Of a stretch of 64,000 nt of DNA, positions 10,275-19,449 are shown piece after piece; the stretch's first letter is position 1; every line of letters begins with the position of its first letter. Below the pieces are notes generated by a model. It saw only the letters and a list, made by a program, of their open reading frames with translations, did not search any database and had not been told where the DNA came from. Position numbers and translations under genes: made by a program. This stretch comes from Candidatus Woykebacteria bacterium (GTDB taxonomy: Bacteria > Patescibacteriota > Microgenomatia > Woykebacterales > RBG-16-39-9b): the NCBI GenBank assembly GCA_040876345.1, contig JBBDPM010000006.1, positions 182,431 through 246,430 of the forward strand. Reading direction: 5' to 3'.

Positions 10275-10556
10275 CTATCCTTTGAGGAGATCTTGAAGAC
10301 CGCCAAGGCCACCCATCATGCCCTGCATTTTTTTGGCTGCCACTTTTTGGGCCTCATCCATGGCCTTGTTAATGGCGTCCTTAAGTTTGTCTGGATCAAT
10401 ATCGGCTGGATATTCTAACTTGAGAATTTTTTGGGCGCCATTTAGCTTAACTTTTACATCCCCATGCTCAACCTCTAAAACTTCGGCCTCCAGCTCTTTC
10501 TTCATCACATCGGCTTGTTTTTTTAGATCGTACATTTGTTTAAGTTTATCGAACAT
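10275..10556 (-). CDS. ybaB: Nucleoid-associated protein YbaB/EbfC
   Basis: 93 aa; MFDKLKQMYDLKKQ...MQGMMGGLGG; conserved position after dnaX. Confidence 0.85.
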   Translation of the reverse strand: MFDKLKQMYDLKKQADVMKKELEAEVLEVEHGDVKVKLNGAQKILKLEYPADIDPDKLKDAINKAMDEAQKVAAKKMQGMMGGLGGLQDLLKG

Positions 10557-10596
10557 TTTTCCTCCTTATAAATTTTTTATTTTGCATTTTAATTTG

Positions 10597-12180
10597 TCAC
10601 TCTATCTTACCAAATATCTCCACCGGGTCGTCGTCACTTTTGGATTCTTTGACTATTTCTGATTCTTTAACTAACTCAACTGGACGCTCGCCCATTATCC
10701 CCTTTATTTTAACACTTGCTGCAACCTCTTTCTCCAAAGCTTCTTCCACTATTTCGCGGTTCCTTGGCTCTTCGACCATATCTTTGTGAAAACGGTAGTA
10801 AAATTTTATAAAAAGGGTGTCTTCCTCAACTTTATCAACTTTAGCTTTCTTCAGAAAAATTTCGAGCGAATTATTCTTTCCCTTTATATCTTTCAGAATC
10901 TTTGACCACGCTTTTTTAATTTTTTCCAAAAGCTTTCCATCGGAGATATTTGGTTTGGCGATGTGGGCCCTAGCAGTGTCTTTATCATTAGTTTGGGTTT
11001 TGGCGCTAACTTCTTGGTTGGCAATTATTTCCTCAACCAAAGTCTCGGGAGCAGAAAACGACTCAGAGGAAGTCTCGGCCTGAAAATCACAAGCCTCAAT
11101 GAAGGCAAGCTCAAGCGGAAGTTGGGGAATAGCACTCATCGCCAGCTCTTCAGCGGATCTTGTAAAAAGCTTAATTAAAAGGTTTAGTCTATCTTGATCA
11201 ATAGTCTCTGAAAGTTTAAAAAACCCTTGGTATATTTCCGGACTAACATCCCTGACAAGTTTTTCCCCTAGACCCACTTTCATTAACAAGATTTTCCGAA
11301 GAGCCTCGACTAAAGACTCATTCAAAACTCTAATATTGCCGCCTTCTTGGGTAAAATCATCCAGAAAAATAAGAGCCTTTTTGGTGTCCTTTTGCTCAAG
11401 AGTTTGTAAAATCACTAAAATTTGGCCCTCTTCCTCCTTGCCGATAAGCTGCAAGATTTCGGCTCGTTTTGCCTTTGGATTTACACCGGCTACTTTCTCC
11501 AGTAGTACTTCGGCATCGCGAAAGGCCGCGCCAGAAGCTTTAGCTATCTCCGAAAGAGAGTCGCTGTCTATTCCCCAGCCTTCTTTTTTAACGATTTCGG
11601 AGAGTTTCTCGACTATTCTTGAGTAATTAGGCCGCCCAAAATCAAACCTTTGGACTCGGGAAAGGATTGTGCCCGGAAGCTTGTGGGGCTCGGTAGTAGC
11701 GAGAATAAAGATAGCGTGGGAGGGGGGCTCTTCCAAAGTTTTAAGAAGAGCGTTAAAGGCTTCTCCAGTGAGCATATGGGCTTCGTCTATGATGTAGACT
11801 TTAAAAAGGCCGCCAGATGGGGAGAGTTTTATCTTCTCCCGAAGATCCCTAATATCATCAATTCCGCGGTTTGAAGCAGCGTCAATTTCGATTAAGTCAA
11901 GGTGACGCCCTTCAGTAATAGATTTACAACTCGCACATTTGTTACAAGGCTCGCCAAATTTCCTTGTCTCTTCTCCCTTGCCACTTGTCGCCAGACAATT
12001 TACGGCTTTGGCGACTATCCTCGCCGTTGAGGTCTTCCCCGTTCCTCTTGGACCAGCAAATAGGTAAGCGTGATGAATTTTCCCAGATTCAAGTTGTTTT
12101 AGAAGAGGGTTGGTAACTTGTTCCTGACCAACTATTTCGGAAAGTTTTTGGGGACGATACTTTCGATATAAAACAGTCAT
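10597..12180 (-). CDS. dnaX: DNA polymerase III subunit gamma/tau
   Basis: AAA+ clamp loader: GPRGTGKTS Walker A, zinc module CLATSGKGEETRKFGEPCNKCASC, SRC/sensor motifs. Confidence 0.9.
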   Translation of the reverse strand: MTVLYRKYRPQKLSEIVGQEQVTNPLLKQLESGKIHHAYLFAGPRGTGKTSTARIVAKAVNCLATSGKGEETRKFGEPCNKCASCKSITEGRHLDLIEIDAASNRGIDDIRDLREKIKLSPSGGLFKVYIIDEAHMLTGEAFNALLKTLEEPPSHAIFILATTEPHKLPGTILSRVQRFDFGRPNYSRIVEKLSEIVKKEGWGIDSDSLSEIAKASGAAFRDAEVLLEKVAGVNPKAKRAEILQLIGKEEEGQILVILQTLEQKDTKKALIFLDDFTQEGGNIRVLNESLVEALRKILLMKVGLGEKLVRDVSPEIYQGFFKLSETIDQDRLNLLIKLFTRSAEELAMSAIPQLPLELAFIEACDFQAETSSESFSAPETLVEEIIANQEVSAKTQTNDKDTARAHIAKPNISDGKLLEKIKKAWSKILKDIKGKNNSLEIFLKKAKVDKVEEDTLFIKFYYRFHKDMVEEPRNREIVEEALEKEVAASVKIKGIMGERPVELVKESEIVKESKSDDDPVEIFGKIE

Positions 12181-12233
12181 TGGCTAAAACATTTTAACTC
12201 CCTACCGTCTCTTTTACAATCTAGTTTTAAACC

Positions 12234-12262
12234 TTGACACTCAGCTACCCAGCTAGTAATAC
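12234..12262 (+). promoter_or_regulatory. Sigma70-like promoter (TTGACA-17-TAATAC), leaderless-type for the 12271 ORF
   Basis: TTGACA at 12234-12239, 17-nt spacer, TAATAC at 12257-12262, ATG at 12271 only 8 nt downstream. Confidence 0.4.
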
Positions 12263-12270
12263 TAAAAATA

Positions 12271-12642
12271 ATGAGCGTTGAACAGGCATTCCAAAAAAGA
12301 GTTTCCAACACTTCCGTTACCGCCAAAGGCAAGATCTCGCGGATTTTGGAAGATGACTCCGGTGAAACCCCGCACCAGCGCTTTGTAGTCGAAGTGCACT
12401 CGGGACACACAGTGTTAGTTGCTCACAATTTGGAAAGAGCCTACCGAGTGCCCGTAAATCTCGGGGATAAAGTAGAAATTCACGGAACTTACGTGTGGAA
12501 TAAATTTGGCGGAATTATCCACAACACTCACCATGATGATCGTGAAGCTTGTCGGAAGGTAATAAATGGTCGTGTAGTCTGCGGCCCATCTCATGAAGAC
12601 GGCTGGATAATATTTGTTGGCAAGAAAAAGCCAGCCTCTTAA
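12271..12642 (+). CDS. Hypothetical protein (123 aa)
   Basis: Clean ORF with consensus promoter; His-rich, no recognised motif. Confidence 0.5.
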   Translation: MSVEQAFQKRVSNTSVTAKGKISRILEDDSGETPHQRFVVEVHSGHTVLVAHNLERAYRVPVNLGDKVEIHGTYVWNKFGGIIHNTHHDDREACRKVINGRVVCGPSHEDGWIIFVGKKKPAS

Positions 12643-12705
12643 GATTTTGGGGTTCGGTGGCCCCATCCTTCAGCTCGCCAGGATAGGGCCCACCTATAAG
12701 TACGC

Positions 12706-13110
12706 TCAGACGTTCGCGAAGAACCTGAGCACGCACTCTTCTGCTTCGGCAAGATCACTCAGTGCCGAAGGTGTGTCACCACTGGCTATGTGTCGATCGG
12801 CGCTCACAAGCAGAGTCATTACCTGGTGCCAGCAGATGCGATGAAGACCCGCAAGCTCACCAGGAACCACCATTCTGCCTGGGCCGGTCTCCCAGCTAAT
12901 CCGATACCAACGTTTGGCCATTTGAGCAAGCCGCCCTCTTTCGGGCTCTGTGAGGCTAGCCTTTTTCAACAACTCTCGGGCGTGCTGTACACCGCTGATT
13001 ACCTCGATCGAGTACTTAATCATTACCTCTCGGTAGCCTGGCCCGATGAGTAAGCGTCGAAGAGCCCAGACTCCTAACACCGCTGCTGCCACGACTAACA
13101 GTTTCCGCAT
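12706..13110 (-). CDS. Hypothetical secreted/membrane protein on GC-rich island
   Basis: N-terminal hydrophobic signal MRKLLVVAAAVLGVWAL; about 60% GC. Confidence 0.35.
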   Translation of the reverse strand: MRKLLVVAAAVLGVWALRRLLIGPGYREVMIKYSIEVISGVQHARELLKKASLTEPERGRLAQMAKRWYRISWETGPGRMVVPGELAGLHRICWHQVMTLLVSADRHIASGDTPSALSDLAEAEECVLRFFANV

Positions 13111-13252
13111 TGCGAGCCCTCCTTTACTTCGAACGTCTCAAACCCTCCCGCTTGTCAGAAAATCACTAGATCTCTTGACTTAGTAAGAAATATACTAAAT
13201 GGAAAAAGGAAAGCAAATTATTCTCCACCTTTGCTACCGAAGCTAGAAGTAA

Positions 13253-15238
13253 TCAAGAGGATTTAAGTTGTTCTACAGCCTGAGACAAAAGCTGCACGTA
13301 AAGTTCAAATCCAACCAGAGCAATATTTCCACTTTGGGCAACTCCCAGAAGATTGCCTGCACCGCGAATTTCCAGATCTTTTTTGGCAATTTTAAACCCT
13401 GCTCCAAGCTCAGTTGCTTCCGCCATAGTAGCCAGCCTTTCTAGAGAGTCGCCGTCTGGCACAAATCCCTTTGGGTAAAAAAGATATGCAAAAGCTTGGC
13501 GCTCGGATCGCCCAACTCTACCCCGCAACTGATAAAGATCTGAGAGTCCAAACTTCTCGGCATTTTCAATAATAATTGAATTGACATTGGGCATATCTAA
13601 ACCAGAGCCAATAATCGTAGTGCAGACTAAAACATCGGCGTTTCCGGAGTAGAACTCTTCCATAACTTTTTCCAAATTCTGAGCTCTGAATCCTGAATTC
13701 TGAATTCGCCTGTCCATCTGCCCATGTGCATAAACTATTTTCGCATTTGGTACCAACTCTTGCACCTCCTTGGTCTTGGCAGCGATGCGTTCGACCCGAT
13801 TGTAAACATAATAAACTTGCCCACCCCTAGAAATCTCTTTTGCGACCACATCCTTAATTTTCTCCGAATCGTACTCACCAACAAAAGTCTCAACCGCCAC
13901 TCTTCCGGAAGGTGGCTCCGAAAGAGTCGAGGAATCGCGAATTTTGGTAAGGGCCATCTGGAGCGTGCGCGGAATTGGGGTGGCACTCATGCTTAGCACA
14001 TCTACACTGTCCCTAGTATTCTTCAATCTCTCTTTTGCCGCCACTCCAAAGCGGTGCTCCTCATCAATTATCAAAAGTCCTAGATTCTTAAACTCGGTGT
14101 CCTTGCTTAAAAGCCTATGGGTACCAACAACTATATCCAATTTTCCAATTTTTAAAGCCCCCAATATTTTCTTTTGCGCCTCTTCATCCCGGAACCGAGA
14201 GAGCATTTCTATCTCAACTGGAAATTTCTCTAGTCTTTTTTTGAAAAGATGGTAGTGCTGCTCGGCCAGAATTGTAGTGGGAACAAGTACGGCAACCTGT
14301 TTTCCGTCTTGAACCACTTTGAAAGCAGCTCTCACCGCTACCTCAGTTTTCCCAAAGCCGACGTCTCCTACCAACAGCCGATCCATCGGATGAGAAGATT
14401 CTAAATCCTTTTTAATCTCGGCTATCGCTCTGATTTGATCCTCTGTTTCAGTAAATTCAAAGCTATCTTCAAGCTGGCTCTGCCACGGGGTGTCAGACCC
14501 AAACGGGGCTCTTTTAACAATCTCTCTTTTAGCGTACAGAGAAAGGAGCTCGCGAGCTGTCTCAACGATTGATTCTTTTACCTTTTGTTTAGTCCGCTCC
14601 CAGCTTTCTGTACCAAGGTAGGAAAGGACACTCTTCCTGCCCGGGCTGCCGATGTACTTTGTTACCCGCTCGATCTGCTCGACTGGTACATAAAGCTTGT
14701 CCCCTTTAGAATACTCTAGAATTAAATAGGTACGGCCGGCCCCTTTTTCAATTTCTCGATATTCCACGGCTAAAAACTTGCCAATACCATGATCGATATG
14801 AACTACTAAATCACCTTTCTCAATCTCCGAAAGAAAAAGCCGCTCGTATTTACCAAGTTGTTTTTTAGCCCAAGTCGGTGCAAAAGTTGGGGTAGATTTA
14901 TAAGGTAGTATAAATAGTTTAATCAGGCTTTTTGCCTTTTCTTGAGTAATAGAGTTGTACAAGTATATTGCTTCTATTTTGTCGCCGATTAGATCGACTC
15001 GAGCCGGCAATTTATAGCGCTCCAGCCAAATATCGACTATGCCGCCCCGACGTGAGAATTGACCGTGTTGATGCACCTGAGAGGATCCAACAGATTCATA
15101 ACCCAGCTCAACTAGCATTTTGGGAATATCTTGAGGGGAAATTTTTTGATTTTGGGACAGCGAAAAGCCTCCCAAACTCTTATCTGAGGGGGTTTCAAAT
15201 CCTATTTCTTGGTTTTGACTATTTGCTTTTGCCTTCAA
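13253..15238 (-). CDS. mfd: Transcription-repair coupling factor Mfd, N-terminally truncated form
   Basis: KLYVPVEQIERVTKYIG (Mfd RNAP-interacting domain), GFGKTEVA Walker A, DEEHRFG, TRG/translocase region ...LEIRGAGNLLG; only 661 aa (UvrB-homology domains D1-D3 absent). Confidence 0.8.
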   Translation of the reverse strand: MKAKANSQNQEIGFETPSDKSLGGFSLSQNQKISPQDIPKMLVELGYESVGSSQVHQHGQFSRRGGIVDIWLERYKLPARVDLIGDKIEAIYLYNSITQEKAKSLIKLFILPYKSTPTFAPTWAKKQLGKYERLFLSEIEKGDLVVHIDHGIGKFLAVEYREIEKGAGRTYLILEYSKGDKLYVPVEQIERVTKYIGSPGRKSVLSYLGTESWERTKQKVKESIVETARELLSLYAKREIVKRAPFGSDTPWQSQLEDSFEFTETEDQIRAIAEIKKDLESSHPMDRLLVGDVGFGKTEVAVRAAFKVVQDGKQVAVLVPTTILAEQHYHLFKKRLEKFPVEIEMLSRFRDEEAQKKILGALKIGKLDIVVGTHRLLSKDTEFKNLGLLIIDEEHRFGVAAKERLKNTRDSVDVLSMSATPIPRTLQMALTKIRDSSTLSEPPSGRVAVETFVGEYDSEKIKDVVAKEISRGGQVYYVYNRVERIAAKTKEVQELVPNAKIVYAHGQMDRRIQNSGFRAQNLEKVMEEFYSGNADVLVCTTIIGSGLDMPNVNSIIIENAEKFGLSDLYQLRGRVGRSERQAFAYLFYPKGFVPDGDSLERLATMAEATELGAGFKIAKKDLEIRGAGNLLGVAQSGNIALVGFELYVQLLSQAVEQLKSS

Positions 15239-15749
15239 GCCAACTAATTATAACTTGAGATGCCCTGTTAGTCACCTCAGCTAACTTTTCCAGTTCCTCA
15301 TCGGAAAAATTTCTAAGGACCCAAGCATCAGTTTCCATATTCTCCGATGGACGACCGATTCCCACTCGCACCCTATTAAATTCACCCGTTCCCAATTTTT
15401 CCATGATAGACTCTACTCCCCTGTGCCCAGCCGCCCCACGAGCAAATTGCTGTTTTATCTCGCCAAAAGATAAATCCACATCATCATGGACCACTAAAGT
15501 GTTTTCTGGTTTAATCTTGTAAAAGCGGACAATATTGGCCACTGGCCCGCCAGAGCGGTTCATAAAGGTTTGAGGTTTGAGTAAAAGCCTCTCTTTATCC
15601 AAATTATAGAGGATCGCCCCAAGTTTTTTATTCGCATGAGGTGAAGCAACGTATCTTTTGATAATTTCATCAAGCACCATAAAACCAATATTGTGCCGCG
15701 TTTCCGCATATCTTTCCCCAGGATTTCCCAAACCTACGACCAGCTTCAT
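15219..15749 (-). CDS. pth: Peptidyl-tRNA hydrolase
   Basis: MKLVVGLGNPGERYAETRHNIGF canonical Pth N-terminus. Confidence 0.9.
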   Translation of the reverse strand: MKLVVGLGNPGERYAETRHNIGFMVLDEIIKRYVASPHANKKLGAILYNLDKERLLLKPQTFMNRSGGPVANIVRFYKIKPENTLVVHDDVDLSFGEIKQQFARGAAGHRGVESIMEKLGTGEFNRVRVGIGRPSENMETDAWVLRNFSDEELEKLAEVTNRASQVIISWLEGKSK

Positions 15750-15850
15750 AACTTTAGCTTAACAGTTAAATGAAGAGACTTTCAATAAGAGGAATCGAAG
15801 GCGAGGGTGCTAATCGAACACACCCACGCCTTATCCTGCTTCGAAGAGTG

Positions 15851-16006
15851 TTAGGGAGATCCCACGTTGACGGGTAACACAGTAATATCGACCGCTATAT
15901 CAACCCGCCCTTTCAGGATCTCCTCCACATCTGCCCCCATCCTCAGCACTCGCTCTACAAAAGCCTCCTTGACATCGTCAGCTAGGCATTCGATGAGCGA
16001 GCACAT
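15851..16006 (-). CDS. Small hypothetical protein (51 aa) on GC-rich island downstream of ybeY
   Basis: GAGGT 6 nt before ATG; MCSLIECLADDVKEAFVERVLRMGADVEEILKGRVDIAVDITVLPVNVGSP; below ORF-track size cutoff. Confidence 0.3.
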   Translation of the reverse strand: MCSLIECLADDVKEAFVERVLRMGADVEEILKGRVDIAVDITVLPVNVGSP

Positions 16007-16038
16007 GTAAGGACCTCGATACCCTAATGGGATAGCAA

Positions 16039-16530
16039 TTATTTTATTATCTCAACAACTTTTTTGGGGGAAAGGGAGTCAAGAATCTCATCTTCCAGTT
16101 TTTCCATATCTCTGGCTTCTTCTGGCTTTTCGTGGTCATATCCAAGGAGGTGCATCGTTCCGTGAACCACCAAAAGATTTGCCATGTCATCCACCAACAT
16201 ATTTTCTTTGGCGGCCCGATCAAGTAGCTGAGGATAAGAAATTAAAAGCTCACCTAAATTTAGATTTTTTTGATCTGGGGGGTTTATAAAATCAGCTGGC
16301 CTTGAATTGTCCAAAGTGTAAGGAAAGGCTAATACATCGGTTGGTGCATCTATACCGCGGAACTCCCGGTTCATTTTCTTCATTTTCCGGTCTCCAATAA
16401 CAGAAATTGCTGCCTCGGCTCTTCCCTTGACATTCATCTTTTCCAGGGTCCGTACACAAGGCAGAATAAGCTGCTTCCGGCTCAGAGGGTAGTGCGGCTC
16501 AACATAAACATCTACTTTATACATAGACAA
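16039..16530 (-). CDS. ybeY: Endoribonuclease YbeY
   Basis: HGTMHLLGYDHE zinc-binding H3xH5xH motif. Confidence 0.85.
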   Translation of the reverse strand: MSMYKVDVYVEPHYPLSRKQLILPCVRTLEKMNVKGRAEAAISVIGDRKMKKMNREFRGIDAPTDVLAFPYTLDNSRPADFINPPDQKNLNLGELLISYPQLLDRAAKENMLVDDMANLLVVHGTMHLLGYDHEKPEEARDMEKLEDEILDSLSPKKVVEIIK

Positions 16531-16582
16531 TAGTGAATAATCAATAACTTATAATTAAGGATTTATTGGGCAGGTGGGAAAC

Positions 16583-16777
16583 TTAAAAGTCGTGAGTTTC
16601 TCGATAGTGTATTTTTCTTTCCCGGGCGGCTTTTTCTTTTTTACGCACCACTGAAGGCTTTTCATAAAACTCACGTTTCTTAAGCTCATTTAAAATGCCC
16701 TCGGATAAAACTTTCTTATTAAATTTTCGAATTAAAACCTCAACAGACTCGCCTTGTTGGGCCTCTACTCTAGTCAT
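16583..16777 (-). CDS. rpsU: 30S ribosomal protein S21
   Basis: 64 aa basic protein, S21-like MTRVEAQQGESVEVLIRKFNKKV... Confidence 0.85.
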   Translation of the reverse strand: MTRVEAQQGESVEVLIRKFNKKVLSEGILNELKKREFYEKPSVVRKKEKAARERKIHYRETHDF

Positions 16778-16846
16778 TAAATTTAAAAAAACACCCCCAG
16801 ACTTTAAATTTCAAATATCAAATTCTAATTTTTGGTTTTTAATTTA

Positions 16847-17158
16847 TTAGTCCCCTAAAAGATGCCAATGCAGGTGGGGCACATGTTGGTACTTACCACC
16901 ATTGAAAACTAGTTGGTAACCCCCCTCCAATTTTTCTTCCCCTATTAATCTTTGTACCACTTTTACCAGTTTTGTCAACAGCAGATATTGACTGCTAGAT
17001 AAATCTAAGAAGCTTTTTATGTGCCCAGAGGGTACTATTAAATAATGCACCCGAGATTTTGGATTTATGTCTTTGAAAACAACAACTTCCCTGTCTTCAT
17101 AGATAAACTCAGTTGGTATTTCTTTATTTATTATTTTGCAGAATAAACAATCTTCCAT
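16847..17158 (-). CDS. HIT family protein (histidine triad hydrolase)
   Basis: HxHxH motif VPHLHWHLL at C-terminus. Confidence 0.8.
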   Translation of the reverse strand: MEDCLFCKIINKEIPTEFIYEDREVVVFKDINPKSRVHYLIVPSGHIKSFLDLSSSQYLLLTKLVKVVQRLIGEEKLEGGYQLVFNGGKYQHVPHLHWHLLGD

Positions 17159-17185
17159 ACTTAATTAAACAACTAAAATTCTGAA

Positions 17186-18115
17186 TCATTTTGAATTATG
17201 GATTCTTAATTTTAAATTCTCAAGAATTTCGTACGGTACTTTAAGATAAAAATCGACGAATCCCAAGTTCTTTCCGGCTGAGCCGAAACCGTGAAAATCG
17301 CTCCCTCCCGTAACTACTAAATTATTTTTTTCTGCAAGTTTAGAAAAGTGCTCCACACATTTTTTAGTATCTTCTTCATTTTCCCGATGCGCAAGAGCTT
17401 CTACCCCATCGATTCCATCTTCCACCAAATCCCCAAACCCCGCATCATCAAACTCTAGTTTTCCTTCTTTCTTTTCAACTAACGTCCAGCATGGGTGAGC
17501 TACTACGGCAATTCCACCTGCTTCATGAATTAGGTCAATCGCTTCTTTCGGTGTCATAGCTTCACGAGCTACATAAGCTGGTGCCCCTGGGATTAAATAC
17601 TTTCTAATAAATTCCCCCGTGTCGGGCACTTGACCAAATTCCTTTTTTAATTTCTTATGATTTTCGGCGTCTCCCACGATACTCCAGGCGATGTGAGGCG
17701 CAACAATTGTTCCGGACGAGAGCGCTTTTACATCTCCGAAATTAATTTGAAACCCAAGGCTGTTTAACTTTTCAATTACTTTTTTCGAACGTTCCTCTCG
17801 AACTCTGCGAATCTTAGCAAGCTCATCTTGTAAGTTTTTGTTTCCGCAATCCACAAAATATCCTAAGATGTGGTGCTCAGTCAGTGGGGTTGGGTAACTT
17901 GTAATCTCCACTGCCGGAACAACTTCAACTCCAAGTTTTTTACCCTTACGAATCGCCTCGTCTACACCATCTGTACTCTCATGATCAGAAACTGCGATAA
18001 CAATGAGACCAATCTCTTTCGCCTTTTCCACAAGTTGCGAAGGTGCCAACCCACCATCAGAATAAATTGTATGGGTATGAAGATCTATATATTTGTTTGA
18101 TTTATCTTTCATCAA
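17186..18115 (-). CDS. PHP-domain metal-dependent phosphoesterase
   Basis: IDLHTHTIYSDGG PHP motif 1 plus downstream His/Asp motifs. Confidence 0.75.
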   Translation of the reverse strand: MMKDKSNKYIDLHTHTIYSDGGLAPSQLVEKAKEIGLIVIAVSDHESTDGVDEAIRKGKKLGVEVVPAVEITSYPTPLTEHHILGYFVDCGNKNLQDELAKIRRVREERSKKVIEKLNSLGFQINFGDVKALSSGTIVAPHIAWSIVGDAENHKKLKKEFGQVPDTGEFIRKYLIPGAPAYVAREAMTPKEAIDLIHEAGGIAVVAHPCWTLVEKKEGKLEFDDAGFGDLVEDGIDGVEALAHRENEEDTKKCVEHFSKLAEKNNLVVTGGSDFHGFGSAGKNLGFVDFYLKVPYEILENLKLRIHNSK

Positions 18116-18139
18116 CTCAAGTTTTCCCTAATTAAGATA

Positions 18140-18205
18140 ACAGCGGATTTTACTACTTTTATATAGTAAAAACAATTGTACTTCCGTGTCCGCTGATTTT
18201 TTTTT
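18140..18205 (+). terminator. Plus-strand intrinsic terminator-like hairpin plus T10 tract between PHP and proS genes
   Basis: CAGCGGA...TCCGCTG stem (with nested hairpin) followed by ATTTTTTTTTT; genes on both sides are minus-strand. Confidence 0.3.
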
Positions 18206-19449
18206 TAAATCTCGGAAATTTTTAGAGGTTTCGTTGTTTCTTCAGAGCGTTTTTTGACTTCAATGGAATTTTCCTTCAAGGTCTTTTCACTTACCACCCA
18301 GCGCTCCGGTAGACCAACTAAATCTGAGTCAGCAAGTTTCACACCTGGAGATTCTTCCCTATCATCGTACAAAACTTCCAAACCTTTTTTCTGCAGGGAC
18401 TCATAAATTTTATCTGCTTCTTCCCTTACTTTTCCATCTCCGATATTAATTAGATAAACTCGGTAAGGGGAGACAGCCTCTGGCCAAATGATTCCTTTAT
18501 CATCACTACTAACTTCAACAACTGCTGCCATCGAGCGGGTTATACCAATACCGTAACTTCCCAAGAAAACTGGCTTCTTTTTCCCATCCTTATCAGTGAA
18601 ATAAAAGTTCATCTGCTTACTCATAACATCTCCAAAGCGGAAAATATTCCCAACTTCAACTGCCCGACCCTCTTTAATAGTCTCGTTGTGGCCAGTCTTA
18701 GCGCATCTTTGACATTTATCCCCGGCTTTAACACTTGCAATTTCTTTGTTTTGAGAAAACCCGCAATTCTCACCCTCGCAATAATAAATTGTATCTTCTC
18801 CACCATCAGCGATAACTTGGAATTCGTGGGTGTTTTCTTTGGTGAAAACACCACCGGCTGCTTCTGTATAAATTGTCGGGAGAGAGAGACGATCAAAAAC
18901 TTTTTTGTAGGCTTTTGCGCAAAGCTCATAATATTCGTCCAGCTCCTCTTTAGAGCGGCAAAAGGAGTAAAGGTCTTTCATCAAAAATTCCCGGCCACGA
19001 ATGAGGCCACTTCGCGGGCGTGGCTCATCTCTAAATTTCGCTTGAATTTGGTAAAGGTAGAGGGGCAAATCTTTATACGAGGTGGCTCTTTCCCGGGCTA
19101 GGGCAGTCATCGGCTCTTCATGAGTGAAACCCAGGCCAAATTCTTTCTCAGAAGAATCCTTAAATTGGTACATCGCCCCCTTTAACTTCTCCCATCTACC
19201 GGTCTCGTCCCAAATCTCCTTTGGCTGAAGAGCACTCATGATAATTTCCTGACCACCAATTTGATTCATTTCTTCCCGGACAATATTGGCTATTTTTTCA
19301 ACGACTCGTTTTCCCAAGGGCAAAATCTCATAAACACCAGCGGCTCTTTTATTAATAAACCCAGCCTTAATCAAATACTTGGCGTTTCTACTGGTTTCCT
19401 CGGCCGGAAAATCTCTTAATGTTTTTCCAAAAAGCTGGCTGTATTTCAT
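18205..19449 (-). CDS. proS: Prolyl-tRNA synthetase, short form lacking INS editing domain
   Basis: Collinear with bacterial ProRS (SQLFGKTLRD, motif 2 FRDEPRPRSGLIRGREF, anticodon-binding C-term). Editing insertion replaced by a short 4-Cys segment CEGENC...CQRC. Confidence 0.85.
   Translation of the reverse strand: MKYSQLFGKTLRDFPAEETSRNAKYLIKAGFINKRAAGVYEILPLGKRVVEKIANIVREEMNQIGGQEIIMSALQPKEIWDETGRWEKLKGAMYQFKDSSEKEFGLGFTHEEPMTALARERATSYKDLPLYLYQIQAKFRDEPRPRSGLIRGREFLMKDLYSFCRSKEELDEYYELCAKAYKKVFDRLSLPTIYTEAAGGVFTKENTHEFQVIADGGEDTIYYCEGENCGFSQNKEIASVKAGDKCQRCAKTGHNETIKEGRAVEVGNIFRFGDVMSKQMNFYFTDKDGKKKPVFLGSYGIGITRSMAAVVEVSSDDKGIIWPEAVSPYRVYLINIGDGKVREEADKIYESLQKKGLEVLYDDREESPGVKLADSDLVGLPERWVVSEKTLKENSIEVKKRSEETTKPLKISEI

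Noticed and set aside
12177-12410. 77-aa minus-strand ORF overlapping the dnaX start and promoter region
   Set aside because: Overlaps the dnaX start codon and a consensus plus-strand promoter. Cys/Ser-rich; likely spurious.
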